NCBI RefSeq assembly: GCF_001194135.2
Contig: NC_068983.1
Coordinates: forward strand, 9,630,335 to 9,694,334
Direction: 5' to 3'
Origin: Octopus bimaculoides
Taxonomy: Eukaryota
DNA length: 64,000 nt
The notes under the pieces were generated by a model that saw only the letters and a list, made by a program, of their open reading frames with translations, was not told the origin of the DNA and made no database searches. Both the position numbers and the translations under genes were made by a program. Positions 51,006 through 64,000 of the stretch are shown here, one piece after another. Within the stretch, counting starts at the first letter, position 1. Every line of letters begins with the position of its first letter.

Positions 51006-51260
51006 TATATAATTATTTCGATGCGTATGTACGTCTTTTGTGTCTGTGTTTTTTCCCACCATCACTTGAAAACCGGTGTTGGTGTGTTTACTTCTCCGTG
51101 ACTCAACGGTTCATCAAAAGAAGCCGATTGAATAAGTACCAGGCTTAACAAAAAAGAGAAGTACCGGGGTCGATTCATTCGACTATAAATTATTCAAGGC
51201 TGTACCACAGCATGGCCGCAGTCTAATGACTAAAACAAATAAAAGATAGAAGACAAAAGA
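51006..51260 (+). mobile_element. SINE family A 3' half
   Basis: CCATCACTTGAAAACCGGTGTTGGTGTGTTTAC...GGGGTCGATT...CAGCATGGCCGCAGTCTAATGAC and tail. Confidence 0.8.
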
Positions 51261-51669
51261 TACGCATATTGAACGATAACCATCTTTTAGCTATGTCCCA
51301 TCTGTGCCAAACCATGTCTCCAATCTGAGAAAAATCGAAACCATGTCTCCAATTTGAGAAAATTGCCTGTGTTTTTTCCACTAGTTTTGCCGGTCCTGTA
51401 AATAGTTATGCTTGCTGCCTATTCAGTAAGTGAAAATATGCCCCAAGAGAACTAATGTCTAGTGACTTAATTAAGAATGAATTTACAGCAGATATTTGAA
51501 GTAGATTCAGGTTTAAAGTAAGTATATACTTTAAAATATATATTAATCGAACTACTTTGCTTGCCGTCACTTGTTTATATGAACTAAAATATTTCAAATT
51601 TTGCCACAAGGTCGGCAATTTCGAGAAAGCAGATAAGTTGCGTACATCAATTATATTGTTCAACTAATA

Positions 51670-52216
51670 GTTATTTTATCGATCCGAAAGGATAAAAGCA
51701 AAGTCGTCCTAGGAAGAACTTGAACTCATAACGTAAAGACAGATGAAATGCCTCTAAGCATTTTATTAAGCGTGCTAACGATTCTTATTTCTTTATTGAC
51801 CACAAGGGGCTAAACATAGAGGGGACAAACAAGGACAGACAAAGGGATTAAGTCGATTACATCGACCCCAGCGCGTAACTGGTACTTAATTTATCGACCC
51901 CGAAAGGATGAAAGGCAAAGTCGACCTCGGCGGAATTTGAACTCAGAACGTAACGGCAGACGAAATACCGCTAAGCATTTCGCCCGGCGTGCTAACGTTT
52001 CTTATTTCTTTGTTGCCCACAAGGGGCTAAACATAGAGGGGACAAACAAGGGGATTAAGTCGATTAGATCGACCCCAGTACGTAACTGGTACTTAATTTA
52101 TCGACCCCGAAAGGATGAAAGTCAAAGTCGACCTCGGCGGAATTTGAACTCAGAACATAAAGACAGACGAAATACCGCTAAGCATTTCGCCTGGCGTGCT
52201 AACGTTTCTGCCAGCT
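51670..52216 (-). mobile_element. Head-to-tail array of 2.5 SINE B units
   Basis: Units at about 51670-51782, 51783-52000 and 52001-52216, joined at AAGAAATAAG|AA.CGTTAGC. Confidence 0.9.
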
Positions 52217-52339
52217 TGCAACATTTGAAGAAACAAAATACATACAACTTTTACTAGAGTGAGTAATTTCAAATATGGCCATGCTAGAGTGTCACCCAAT
52301 TATTTTTCTTTTACTTTTAATTACCTAATTCAAGACAGC

Positions 52340-52977
52340 GAGCTTCTAGAATCGCTAGAGAGTCGGACAAAATGCTTAGCAGCATTTCTTCCGGTTCTTT
52401 ACGCTTTAGGTTCAAAGTCGACGTTACCCTTCACCTTTAGATTCCATAAAATAAATACTAATTGAACACCGGTATTAATGTCATTGCCTAATTACCTCCC
52501 TTAAAATTGCTAGACTTATGCCAAAATTTGTCATCGTTAATTACTTAATTTCTATCTCCCCTCCTCCCTCTTCCTCTCTTTTGCTTTCTACGCTTGTTTC
52601 GTTCATTGACGTTTTTGATCACAAAAGTGTTCTTTGTCTTTTTCATTTACTTTCCTTTACATTATTTCTTGTCTATTGTTTATTGCTAATTATTCTTTTC
52701 ATCGTTGATTATAATCATTTGTCATAGTTGTTGCTGGTTGTTTTGCTTTTGTTGTTATTTATTCTTTGTCGGCGGTGAACTAGCAGAACGGTTTCTGCAC
52801 CAGACACAATGCTTAGCAGTATTTCTCTCCCGGTTTCATATTTCGCTGAAGTCGACGTCACCGTTCATTCCTTCAAGGTCTATAAAAGTGGTGCCAGTTA
52901 AACAACTAAGATCAATGCAATCGACTAACTCCCTCCCCCAAAATTTCAGGCCTGTAGTAGTAGTAGTAGTAGTAGTT

Positions 52978-53031
<54 letters not shown>

Positions 53032-53215
53032 AGGCGCTGAGCTGGGAGAATAGTTCACGCATCAGACATTTCTTAGCGTTCTCTAAGTTTTGAGTTCAAA
53101 TACCGCTGAGGCTGACTTTGCCTTTCATCCGTCGGGTTCGATAAAATAAGTACCAGCTGAGTACTGGGGTCAATGTAATTGACATTCCACTCCCCGCAGA
53201 GTTACCAGTCTAATG
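52340..53215 (+). mobile_element. Three degenerate SINE B copies with a (GTA)n tract between the second and third
   Basis: B heads at about 52340, 52770 and 53033; (GTA)n at 52955-53030. Confidence 0.7.
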
Positions 53216-53262
53216 AGAAAATTAGAAAGAATTTAGTGTTGGTGATTTAGTAAGGCAGCGAG

Positions 53263-53710
53263 CTGGCAGAAACGTTAGCACGCCGGGCGAAATACTTAGC
53301 GGTATTTCGTCTGTCTTTATGTTCTGAGTTCAAATTCCGCCGAAGTCGACATTGCCTTTCATCCTTTGGGGGTCGATAAATTAAGTACCAGTTACGCACT
53401 GGGGTCGATGTAATCGACTTAATCCGTTTGTCTGTCCTTGTTTGTCCCCCTCCATATTTATCCCCTTGTGGGCAATAAAGAAATAAGAAATGTTAGCATG
53501 CCGGGTAAAATGCTTAGTGGTATTTCGTCTGCCGTTACGTTCTGAGTTCAAATTCTGCCGAGGTCGACCTTGCCTTTCATCCTTTCGGGATCGATAAATT
53601 AAGTACCAGTTACGCACTGAGGTCGATGTAATCGACTTAAACCCTTTGTCTGTCCTTGTTTGTCCTCTCTATGTTTAGCCCCTTATGGGCAATAAAGAAA
53701 TAAGAAATAA
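53263..53710 (+). mobile_element. SINE B head-to-tail dimer
   Basis: Full unit 53263-53488, then a second unit lacking the first about 16 nt, joined at AAGAAATAAG|AAATGTTAGC. Confidence 0.9.
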
Positions 53711-54215
53711 TTTAGTGTTGGTATGTTATTCATAATCCTGTTATCGTCTCTGTTGATGCGATTTTCTTTTTGCTTACGTCGTCTTGGCTACTGTCGTTGA
53801 TGTTGTTACTGATGAAGGTAATTTAGTTATTGTTTGGCCGAATCGTTAGCACGCCGGGCAAAATGCTTAGCGGCATTTCGTCCGTCTTTATGCTCCGTGT
53901 TATTTTTGTTTTCGACGGTCTTTGGTGTTGCTCATTAAGAAAGCAAACATGTTCGGTAGATGCTATTTTAAGTCTCTTGTCGTAGAGCTAAAATTTCAAG
54001 ACGATTAAAATAGTGTTGGAATAACTACTTCCTTAGGATGTTGAGATCGTGCTGTCAAGATGCTGTCATCTCTATAAAAGGCTTGTCTGTATATTTTGTG
54101 GTGACGTGGGAAGGTTGAGTACGTACAGGTTGGGAAGAAAGTCTGAAGAAGACGGATATTTCTGGAATTCCACTCGACAAATTGCAAGATAAGGAAGTGA
54201 TGTCCTTGCACGCAG

Positions 54216-54256
<41 letters not shown>

Positions 54257-55099
54257 GCTGTTGTTGTTGTTGTTGTTACTGTTGTTGTCGTCGGTGGTGG
54301 TGGTGGTGGTGGTGGCGGTGATGTTAGCGTTGGTTTTATTCCTGTTGTTACTGTCATTCTTTNNNNNNNNNNNNNNNNNNNNNNNNNNNNNNNNNNNNNN
54401 NNNNNNNNNNNNNNNNNNNNNNNNNNNNNNNNNNNNNNNNNNNNNNNNNNNNNNNNNNNNNNNNNNNNNNNNNNNNNNNNNNNNNNNNNNNNNNNNNNNN
54501 NNNNNNNNNNNNNNNNNNNNNNNNNNNNNNNNNNNNNNNNNNNNNNNNNNNNNNNNNNNNNNNNNNNNNNNNNNNNNNNNNNNNNNNNNNNNNNNNNNNN
54601 NNNNNNNNNNNNNNNNNNNNNNNNNNNNNNNNNNNNNNNNNNNNNNNNNNNNNNNNNNNNNNNNNNNNNNNNNNNNNNNNNNNNNNNNNNNNNNNNNNNN
54701 NNNNNNNTATATACGTATATATTTATACATCCATATATATATATAAATATACATACACACACACACACACATATATACGTACTTTCAATGTTCACTTTCG
54801 TAGTTGTAATGTTGTGTTTTTCTTTTTTATTTTGTTTTGTGTTCTGTTCTTTTGTTCTTGCAGTGACTTTGTTTTTTGCTTTTTGTTTTTTGATTTTTTT
54901 GTTTTTCGAAGTTTGTTTGTTTGTTATTTAATTGTTTGCATGTATGTATTTAGCAGAGCTCTTCACTGATTTAATAAAAAAAAGAAAAGAAAACACTGTA
55001 GCTAAATGATTCCTTTAACAATTGGCTCTAATTACCATTCATTTTAGTATTTTATTTCAATAATTCTAATTAAATGGGAAGCTTTCAAAAATAGAAGAA

Positions 55100-55124
55100 A
55101 AAATAAATAAATGTCAACGATATT

Positions 55125-55176
<52 letters not shown>

Positions 55177-55423
55177 CAACAACAATAAAGACTTGTTTAT
55201 GTTTAGGATGAAAGCGAGGCATGATGAGACAGATGATGATGATGATGGTTATTATGGTAATGGTAATTATGAGATCGTTAGGTTGATGATTCTGATGACA
55301 GAAAAAATAACAATCATGCCGATGATGGTGATGATTCTTGTGCTGTTACTTCTGCTACTCCAACTGCTATTAATGCTGCTGCTGATGATGATGATGATAA
55401 TGATGATGATGATGATGATGATA

Positions 55424-55460
<37 letters not shown>

Positions 55461-56115
55461 CGACGACGACGACGACGACGACGATGATGGTGGTGGTGAT
55501 GGGGTAGCGGTGGTAGTGATAGCGATGGTATACGTGTTTATGATGAGGGGGGTAAATGGTGACGAAGATGGTGGTGGTGGGNNNNNNNNNNNNNNNNNNN
55601 NNNNNNNNNNNNNNNNNNNNNNNNNNNNNNNNNNNNNNNNNNNNNNNNNNNNNNNNNNNNNNNNNNNNNNNNNNNNNNNNNNNNNNNNNNNNNNNNNNNN
55701 NNNNNNNNNNNNNNNNNNNNNNNNNGGTTGCGGCGGTGGCTGTAGCGGTGGTGTTTGTCGTGGTGGTGGTGGTTGTGGTAGTGGCGGTGGTGGTGGTGGT
55801 GGTGCTGCTGCTGCTGGTGGAGGTGGTGGTGATAATCGTCGTCGTGGTGTGCAACGGCGGTGGTTATGATGAAGATGATGACGACGAGGATAATGATTAC
55901 GATGATGTTATCGACGAAATCACCTATGTGGCACTAATGTTATTTCTAGCGGAATTAATTAAAAGACATTTTTAAAACAGACGTTGAAAAACAAAATCTG
56001 TTATTCGTTCGTTCGTTCATTCGTTCGTCGTTTCTACGAATGTAACCGCTGAACGATGATGATGATGATGATGATGATGATGACGACGACGACGATATCA
56101 TCATCATCATCATCA
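55100..56115. repeat. Mixed AAT/GAT/GAC/GGT trinucleotide low-complexity region with gap
   Basis: Directly visible. Confidence 0.9.
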
Positions 56116-56189
56116 GGAAGTGGTGGAGATGGTGAAGAATAAAATCGAACCTAACCGTGCCTGGACTGCAACTCAGATTCCGTTTTCAG

Positions 56190-56230
56190 TTGTAACAAGG
56201 TTCAAAGTTCAAGATCCAAAAGCAATTTAA
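56190..56230 (+). CDS. Candidate 41-nt exon (CNKVQSSRSKSNL, phase 2 to 1)
   Basis: Acceptor cagattccgttttcag, donor AA|gtaagg. Phase-compatible with 42284-42324. Confidence 0.3.
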
Positions 56231-56987
56231 GTAAGGCAAGAACACAGAAGCACCTATCACATAACTCTTGTAATAAATATAGAATCATAAGCTTAATCAA
56301 TGGGCGATGTGGTCCGAAGAGTACACTACGTCAGAGTATATTTCGTGACGACATGGTGTGAACTGTATATCATAATTTATTTAGTGGTCATCGATTTTTG
56401 ATGTCATTTAACTATATGTTGAGGCATGACAGCCTCAGTTTATAACTTATTTATCAGTTTCCAGACTTTATATAAAAATTACTTACGTATTTTCATGGTA
56501 GCTGTTGTGTCGATGCCCCCAGGCGAAGAAGTAGGATCTCACAAGACATATAAATAGAGGTAGTCTGGCCGTGGTAGGTGTTGAGTAGCAGTCGAGTAGC
56601 AGTTGTGTAGCGGTTGAGTAGAGATTATCTGAAGGTGCTATATAGCTGTAGTTTGAGACATAACAGTAGCCAACCGAGAAAATCTCTTCGTGGTTGCATA
56701 AGCTGCTAAAGAAAGTACACCAATAAAATCCCCTCAAATCTCATACCGTATTAATATGGGAACACACAAATTGGGCAATAGTTCTAGAAGATACATTGTC
56801 CAAAAATAAGATAGAAATTGCGCTCCTGAAACTTTATGATTAATAGTTTCGATCTGATTTGACCTAAAGTTACACAACGACAACGCAAAATGTAAGCTTG
56901 CTTCCAGCGATGTAGTATTTGGTTTCGAATTCCGGTTAAAGGAATTTCAATGTATTTTGCTCTCAAATGCACAAAAAATATATGAAC

Positions 56988-57155
56988 GTCGTAGGAGTGG
57001 CTGTGTAGTAAGTAGCTTGCTTACCAATCACATGGTTCCGGGTTCAGTCCCACTGCGTGGCACCTTGGGCAAGTGTCTTCTACTATAGCCTCGGGCTGAC
57101 CAAAGCCTTGTGAGTGTGGATTTGGTAGACGGAAACTGAAAGAAGTCCGTAGTAC

Positions 57156-57228
<73 letters not shown>

Positions 57229-57440
57229 TGTGTCTGTGTTTGTCCCCCAACATCGCTTGACAACCGATTCTGGTGTGTTTACGTCCCCGTAACTTAGCGG
57301 TTCGGCAAAAGTGACCGATAGAATAAGTACAAGGCTTACAAAGAATAAGTCTTGGGGTCGATTTGCTCGACTAAAGGTGGTGCTCCAGCATGGCCGCAGT
57401 CAAATGACTGAAACAAGTAAAAGAGTGAAAGAGTAAAAGA
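56988..57440 (+). mobile_element. SINE family A, full length
   Basis: Matches 16521-16944. Confidence 0.9.
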
Positions 57441-57952
57441 AAACGTCTGGTAACTTTTTCTAGCCCGTATATACTCTGGTCTTTATATCTATGTAAATAA
57501 AATATGTCTCATACTTCAATAGCATTATGACGAAGTATTTAATGAAAGAAATATATGTGTTTTGTTGTAATTACACGATGGCAGGATGGATAAGGTACTA
57601 AACAACCAGCCGAAAGTGTTGGTGTTTCGTTTCATATCACTGGGCAACATAACCGTATGTCAACATAACTGTAAGTGGTTTCCGCTGGACTGAAATGCGT
57701 CGCCATTAATCAGTGGCAATATTTTGAACAACACAAGCGTTTTATTAGCTCGTGTGTTACGAATCACTAAAATAACGGCTTCATTATCCATTCTATGATT
57801 ACCTTTGTATAATAGAAATTATTGCTAAGATATTATTAACGTCTGTTATTTTAGTGAAAGTTAACTGACTTCCGGTAGGTCAATAACCACTTGTTGCTAT
57901 TATAAAATTGCTAATCAGATGACACACTCATGGAATCGCTATGAAGTGTGTT

Positions 57953-58385
57953 ATTTCTTTACTACCCAAAAGGGGCTACACACAGAAGGGACAAACAAAG
58001 ATAGACAAACGGATTAAGTCGATTATATCGACCCCAGTGCGTAACTGGTACTTATTTAATCGACCCCGAAAGGATGAAAGGCAAAGTCGACCTCGGCGGA
58101 ATTTGAACTCAGAACGTAACGGCAGACGAAATACCTATTTCTTTACTGTCCACAAGGGGTTATACACAGAGGGGACAAACAAGGACAGACAAACAGATTA
58201 AGTCGATTATATCAACACCAGTGCGTAACTGGTACTTATTTAATCGACCCTGAAAGTATGAAAGTCAAAGTCGACCTCGGCGGAATTTGAACTCAGAACG
58301 TAGCGGCAGACGAAATACCGCTAAGCATTTCGCCCGGCGTGCTAACGTTTCTGCCAGCTCGTCGCCTTTTTCTGCCAGCTCGCCG
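57953..58385 (-). mobile_element. SINE B dimer with duplicated head fragment
   Basis: Two B bodies, with the head GCGGCGAGCTGGCAGAAA repeated at about 58345-58385. Confidence 0.88.
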
Positions 58386-59138
58386 CTATCAAGCGTGAGC
58401 TACAATGTTACTGAGCTGGTAGAATTTAGCGAACCTAACAGTATATCCAACCATGTGCTGCACTCGTGCAGTTGAAAACTCTGCGCTACCAGCGTCATTT
58501 GCTTATAATATGCTACAGTCACCAAGTTGCTGGTAATTATAATCGTCGCGTTGCTCCTCAAGTGATATAATTCCTGTAGCTATGAGCTGTATGCATCACA
58601 AGCATTCATTAAGTTACTAATTAGTTGTGCTTTGATTATCATGCTAAAAGAAAAAGGAGCTGCACACAAGTTTCTTATCACTCGAGTTTCTAATCTAAGC
58701 TGTAATTCATCAGGTTTCTCACTTAGTGGTGCAACCATCAAATTGCAGACTTGACCCTGCTTTCGTTAACTTACAAGCTGAAACTGCATCCATCAAACTG
58801 CTAAACCTATCCTACATTTCATCACACTGACAACCACCAGTCATTATGCTTATTAATTAACCAAGGGTGGTGAAATAAGCTCTATAGTTAACCATCAGCA
58901 TAGTTACAGTCATTCGTGTTATGAAGAGGGGCTGCGAAGGTTGAAAATAGGTGGATAAATTGCGATGTTTAATAAGATTTATTGTATTTTCCGACATACA
59001 AGTCTAAACTTTCAGACCAAAATTTCCGGACAAAAGAGAAGAGAGAGGTCCGCTTATACCAAGATGACTTAAGAGGACCAAACATTCCACGTGAAATGCA
59101 ACAAGATTTGGAAAGATGGTGACAAACTTTGAATACCC

Positions 59139-59625
59139 TTTTATTCTTTTACTTGTTTCAGTCATTTGACTGTGGCCATGCTGGAGCACCGCCTTTAGTC
59201 GAGCAAATCGACCCCAGGACTAATTCTTTGTAAGCCTAGTACTTATTTTATCGGTCACTTTTGCCGAACTGCTAAGTTACAGAGATGTAAACACACCAGC
59301 ATCGGTTGTCAANNNNNNNNNNNNNNNNNNNNNNNNNNNNNNNNNNNNNNNNNNNNNNNNNNNNNNNNNNNNNNNNNNNNNNNNNNNNNNNNNNNNNNNN
59401 NNNNNNNNNNNNNNNNNACAAACACAGACACACAAACACACACACACACATACATATATGCGGGACAGGCTTCTTTCAGTTTCCGTCTACCAAATCCACT
59501 CACAAGGCTTTGGTCGGCCCGAGGCTATAGTAGAAGACACTTGCCCAAGGTGCCATGCAGTGGGACTGAACCCGGAACATTGTGGTTGGTAAGCAAGCTA
59601 CTTACCACACAGCCACTCCTGCGCC
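59139..59625 (-). mobile_element. SINE family A, full length, with internal assembly gap
   Basis: Reverse-complement match on both sides of the gap. Confidence 0.9.
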
Positions 59626-60774
59626 TATGTTTACACTACACTTTAAAAATATATACAGCATTAGTTTGTATGCCAGAAAATACGGTAGATGGTTTTTAAA
59701 CTTATATATTTTTCCAACAACATGGTGAAGAGAGAAGAGTTATTTGGATGCAAACGCTGTTCTGTCCTTTCATTAAATAGAGAAGGTGGTAAAAATGTTC
59801 ACTAATACAGGTGGAATTGGAGAGGGATTTAGCTGGAATATTAATTAAAGGAGTGGGACGAGATCTGATGGTGTTCCTGTTCTTCCATAATACAGGATTG
59901 ATATAAATGAAATTACATCGATCGGGAATCGAAACTGGATCATGTTCTTGACTCAACTGGATCTTACCTTTTCCCTGTATAATCTATTCACTGTTCTGCT
60001 ATGATACTAGAGCTAATGTTTACCTCTTCTGTGATCATTGAATAACATTGACTTACAAGTCAGGTATTTCACATTCAGTTACTATTGTAGGACTGGAAAA
60101 CATCTATTGTCAACGCTCGTCAAAAGATATTTTGTTCTACGTTCGTGTTAAATGTGTATAGCCGCGAATGCCTGTGTTTGTGTACGTGTAAAGCGTGTAT
60201 GTTTGAATGTACCTCTGAGAGAGAATGTGGGCGTTTCATTGTATGTGTGTGTATCATTGTATGTGTCAATGTATGTGTATGTATACCAGTGTAAGTATGA
60301 ATATGAATTTGTAAGTACATGTGGATGTGTAAGAATAAGCGAAGTTGTTTGTTGCTGAATGCATGTATGTGAAAATGTGTATATGTGTACTGGCTTGTGC
60401 GCAAATATGGTGAAATGATTAGGAAATTTGCTTCAATCTTACTAGGTCACTGGTTCGAATCCACCGTTTGATAGCTTAACCAAGTGTCTTTTACCACAGC
60501 CCTGAGTCAACCCGAGGTCAAATCATGAAAATGGTAACTACTGAAAGCTTACATGGATTGTATCGGTAAAACAAAATGTCGGCTTTGTCATGCATTTTGC
60601 CACGTTTATTATGTCAAAGATACTAATATCTGAAAAATACTGAGCCACGAACACACAGATTCATTGCGCAGGCGATCCAGTTGGTCACACAGCTGGAATA
60701 CTAATCATCGAAACCGACGGAGATCCATTTACTGTCTTGTAATGCTGTCTTGTAATGACCAGCATCGTGAAGTG

Positions 60775-61160
60775 GATGAGTACGATAACGACGACGACAA
60801 TGAAGAGGAAGGTGATGACGAACATGAGGATTATGAAGATGGAGGTGGCGATGGCGGGGGCAGCGATGATGGTGGGGGAGGTGGGGACAGCGGTGGTAGC
60901 GGTGGTAGTGGTGATAGTGGTAGTACTGGTGGTAGTGGTGGTAGTTGTTTTTGATGGGGCTGGTAGTGATATTGGTGATCGTGGTGGCAGTGCTGGTGAT
61001 GATGGTGCTGATAGTGGTGATGATGATGGTGATGTTAATGATGATGGTGGTGTTGATGGTGCTCGTGATGATGACGATAATAATGAGGATGATGATTCTG
61101 ACGGGGGTGAGTGCGGCGGCAATGCTGTTAGTCATTACAGTGATGATAGTATTACTATTG
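60775..61160. repeat. Imperfect GAT/GGT trinucleotide low-complexity tract
   Basis: Directly visible. Confidence 0.9.
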
Positions 61161-61804
61161 TACTACATTGTCGACAAGCATCTTGTTCAAATATCTGCTA
61201 ATGAAGCACAAGAAAGACTAATGTTTATGGCGTCTCATAGATAGATGTTTTTATCATTAAACTCTTTTTAGCTTTCTCTTCACATCTGCCCTCATTTCTA
61301 GCTTTTTTTTATGCGGTTTGCTTTTCTTTTTCTCTATTATTCATTTAGTAATCACGATAATATTATTGACAACAATTCCCTTAATTAGATAATCAAATGC
61401 TTTCACTACCCTTCAGGACCGATTCTTTATTTCATTCATACAATCATGCTTTCAATGATTCATTCATTTGGCTGTTTAGTTATTCTCGTGTCTCAAGTGG
61501 ACTCGATCTCACTTCTGTAAATTAGTGAATTATATATAAATTTCCACTCAGCCAGTCTCTTCACCATTAATTATAATTATTGTCATTATCACATTGGTAG
61601 ATTGACGAAATCGATAAACGCATCGGTTGGTACGCTTGGCTATATTTCTTTAAACACCTTTACATTCAATGTTCAAATCTCACATAGTCACACTTTATCT
61701 TTCGTCTCCTTGGGATCGTGAAAATAAGAACTAGATAAGTCCAATAGTCGATTCAATCGACTCGAACGTCGTTACAAATATGTGGCTATGTGCCAAGTTA
61801 AGAA

Positions 61805-61867
<63 letters not shown>

Positions 61868-61868
61868 G

Positions 61869-62361
61869 AGTGAGAGAGTAGTGCATGCCATCAAAGTGAC
61901 ACTGGGGTAAAATATACGAAGCCCATTATACCCATCATGACTACCCGTCTGATAAGGGTACACCAGGCCCATGCATCACAACCATATGTGCGTGACATGG
62001 TGATCTCATATCAAGATAAACAGAGCATGACCTCGCAGATGGGGCCCAGTTAGAATTTTCTTCAGGTTGAGTAGCCCATCCCATTCAAAAGGTCCCTGAA
62101 TAAGGTGTTTAAGGATATTGAGCAAAACACCCATGTTTCCAAAGGTGAATTATTCAAAGCCCCCAGAATTCCTCTTAACACATGGCAATGATGCTCCCCC
62201 ACTACTTCTGCTCGTGATCAGAGATGTACATATCGCCAGCCACCAAGGGACATGCTCGACTGGTCAAACAACTGACAAGCAAATCTGTGGTATTAAGCAG
62301 AATATTTGCTGTAGCCCATCTTTTATACCAAAACAAAACAACGTACATGATAGCACTTCCA
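61869..62361 (-). mobile_element. Unclassified interspersed repeat embedded in (ATT)n, possibly the 3' UTR of a non-LTR element with a (TAA)n tail
   Basis: A unique 490-bp block sharply bounded by (ATT)n on both sides. I recall it as a common octopus repeat (not verified). No coding similarity was recognised. Confidence 0.45.
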
Positions 62362-62455
<94 letters not shown>

Positions 62456-62714
62456 TCATTATTAATATTATCATCATCATCATCATCATTTATGGTTTCC
62501 TTTCATTATAACTTTATTTCAGCAGCCTTAGTACCGGGCATCCTCCGGAGGCCAAGTGTAGCAAGGGCACTTTTGTTTTGCTATGCATTCTCACCACATT
62601 TATTCCATTTTAGATGGAGTATGCTTTCTGTAGTATATGAGCTGCACCCATCAAGGTTATCTTTTCTAGTCCACGTAGATTGAAGTAAATTTTTCTTTTC
62701 TGTCTGTTTGTATT

Positions 62715-62815
62715 GGGAGGAGCCTCGTGGAGCTTTAGGTGTTTTCGCTCAATAAACACACGCAACGCCCGGTCTTGGAATCGAAACCATGATTCTCCGA
62801 CCGCGAGTCCGTGTA
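62715..62815 (-). mobile_element. SINE family D 5' fragment
   Basis: The minus strand reads GGTTTCGATTCCAAGACCGGGCGTTGCGTGTGTTTATTGAGCGAAAACACCTAAAGCTCCACGAGGCTCC, similar to 20880-20945. Confidence 0.7.
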
Positions 62816-63123
62816 TCTCCATTTAGTTTTAATGATAGTCTCTCGATCCCAGAAAGACCGTTCCGCAATTCCTTGCTGAACAGCCGTGCATACAACTATT
62901 CTTCACAGTGATAAAATCTTTGTGCTGCACATCATCTCGGACGCCCTTTTTCATATCGACGTTGACAGCACAACTGCAGGATCTGCTAGGGGTTAGTTAT
63001 CGAAGAGTTCCCAGAACAACGTATGACGAGGTGTTTTTGGTCAAGAAAACAGCTCACCGCCCGATCTGGGAATCATCGAACCTACAACCACACGATCGTT
63101 AGTGCAAACCACTATGCCAATGC

Positions 63124-63172
<49 letters not shown>

Positions 63173-64000
63173 NNNNNNNNNNNNNNNNNNNNNNNNNNNN
63201 NNNNNNNNNNNNNNNNNNNNNNNNNNNNNNNNNNNNNNNNNNNNNNNNNNNNNNNNNNNNNNNNNNNNNNNNNNNNNNNNNNNNNNNNNNNNNNNNNNNN
63301 NNNNNNNNNNNNNNNNNNNNNNNNNNNNNNNNNNNNNNNNNNNNNNNNNNNNNNNNNNNNNNNNNNNNNNNNNNNNNNNNNNNNNNNNNNNNNNNNNNNN
63401 NNNNNNNNNNNNNNNNNNNNNNNNNNNNNNNNNNNNNNNNNNNNNNNNNNNNNNNNNNNNNNNNNNNNNNNNNNNNNNNNNNNNNNNNNNNNNNNNNNNN
63501 NNNNNNNNNNNNNNNNNNNNNNNNNNNNNNNNNNNNNNNNNNNNNNNNNNNNNNNNNNNNNNNNNNNNNNNNNNNNNNNNNNNNNNNNNNNNNNNNNNNN
63601 NNNNNNNNNNNNNNNNNNNNNNNNNNNNNNNNNNNNNNNNNNNNNNNNNNNNNNNNNNNNNNNNNNNNNNNNNNNNNNNNNNNNNNNNNNNNNNNNNNNN
63701 NNNNNNNNNNNNNNNNNNNNNNNNNNNNNNNNNNNNNNNNNNNNNNNNNNNNNNNNNNNNNNNNNNNNNNNNNNNNNNNNNNNNNNNNNNNNNNNNNNNN
63801 NNNNNNNNNNNNNNNNNNNNNNNNNNNNNNNNNNNNNNNNNNNNNNNNNNNNNNNNNNNNNNNNNNNNNNNNNNNNNNNNNNNNNNNNNNNNNNNNNNNN
63901 NNNNNNNNNNNNNATATATATATATATATATATATAATGCTGAAGCGTCTCGTGCGTAAAGTATATTGCAAGTATATAGCCTACATAAAATATATGAAAC

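Noticed and set aside
51670-53710. Repeat arrays as CRISPR-like
   Set aside because: Units are about 200-230-bp SINE monomers without unique spacers, in a eukaryotic context with no cas genes.
59700-60000. Open frames VELERDLAGILIKG... and the 84-aa minus-strand ORF
   Set aside because: No convincing donor/acceptor pair or homology; within chance expectation.
60664-61244. Asp/Gly-rich ORFs as a low-complexity protein
   Set aside because: All frames on both strands are open because of GAT/GGT repeats, and the same pattern recurs at 27.6 kb and 55 kb.

Overview
AT-rich animal genomic DNA with dense microsatellites and about 12 assembly gaps that abut simple repeats. The SINE families and overall style look like coleoid cephalopod DNA, most likely Octopus; this is inferred from recalled repeat families, not from a database search. 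Most ORF-track entries are artefacts of microsatellites or N runs. The supported content is: (i) many copies of at least four tRNA-head SINE families, including nested, dimeric and head/tail-swapped copies; (ii) a nearly complete but decayed Tigger/pogo transposon with TIRs and TA TSD, nested inside a SINE; (iii) mariner, Tc2/pogo MITE, Helitron, CR1/L2-like, RTE and Penelope-like (PLE) fragments; (iv) several minimal, PLE-type hammerhead ribozyme motifs; (v) a tentative plus-strand gene of short exons (24-118 nt) spread over about 55 kb, whose product I cannot identify. The most striking structure is at 42.2-43.5 kb. A 41-nt exon with both splice sites has a 100%-identical inverted copy about 0.5 kb downstream. 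One end of this duplication sits at a TTAA-flanked MITE, and the other abuts an inverted pair of hammerhead-bearing PLE termini. This could form an exon-covering dsRNA (splice-masking or ADAR substrate) created by mobile elements.
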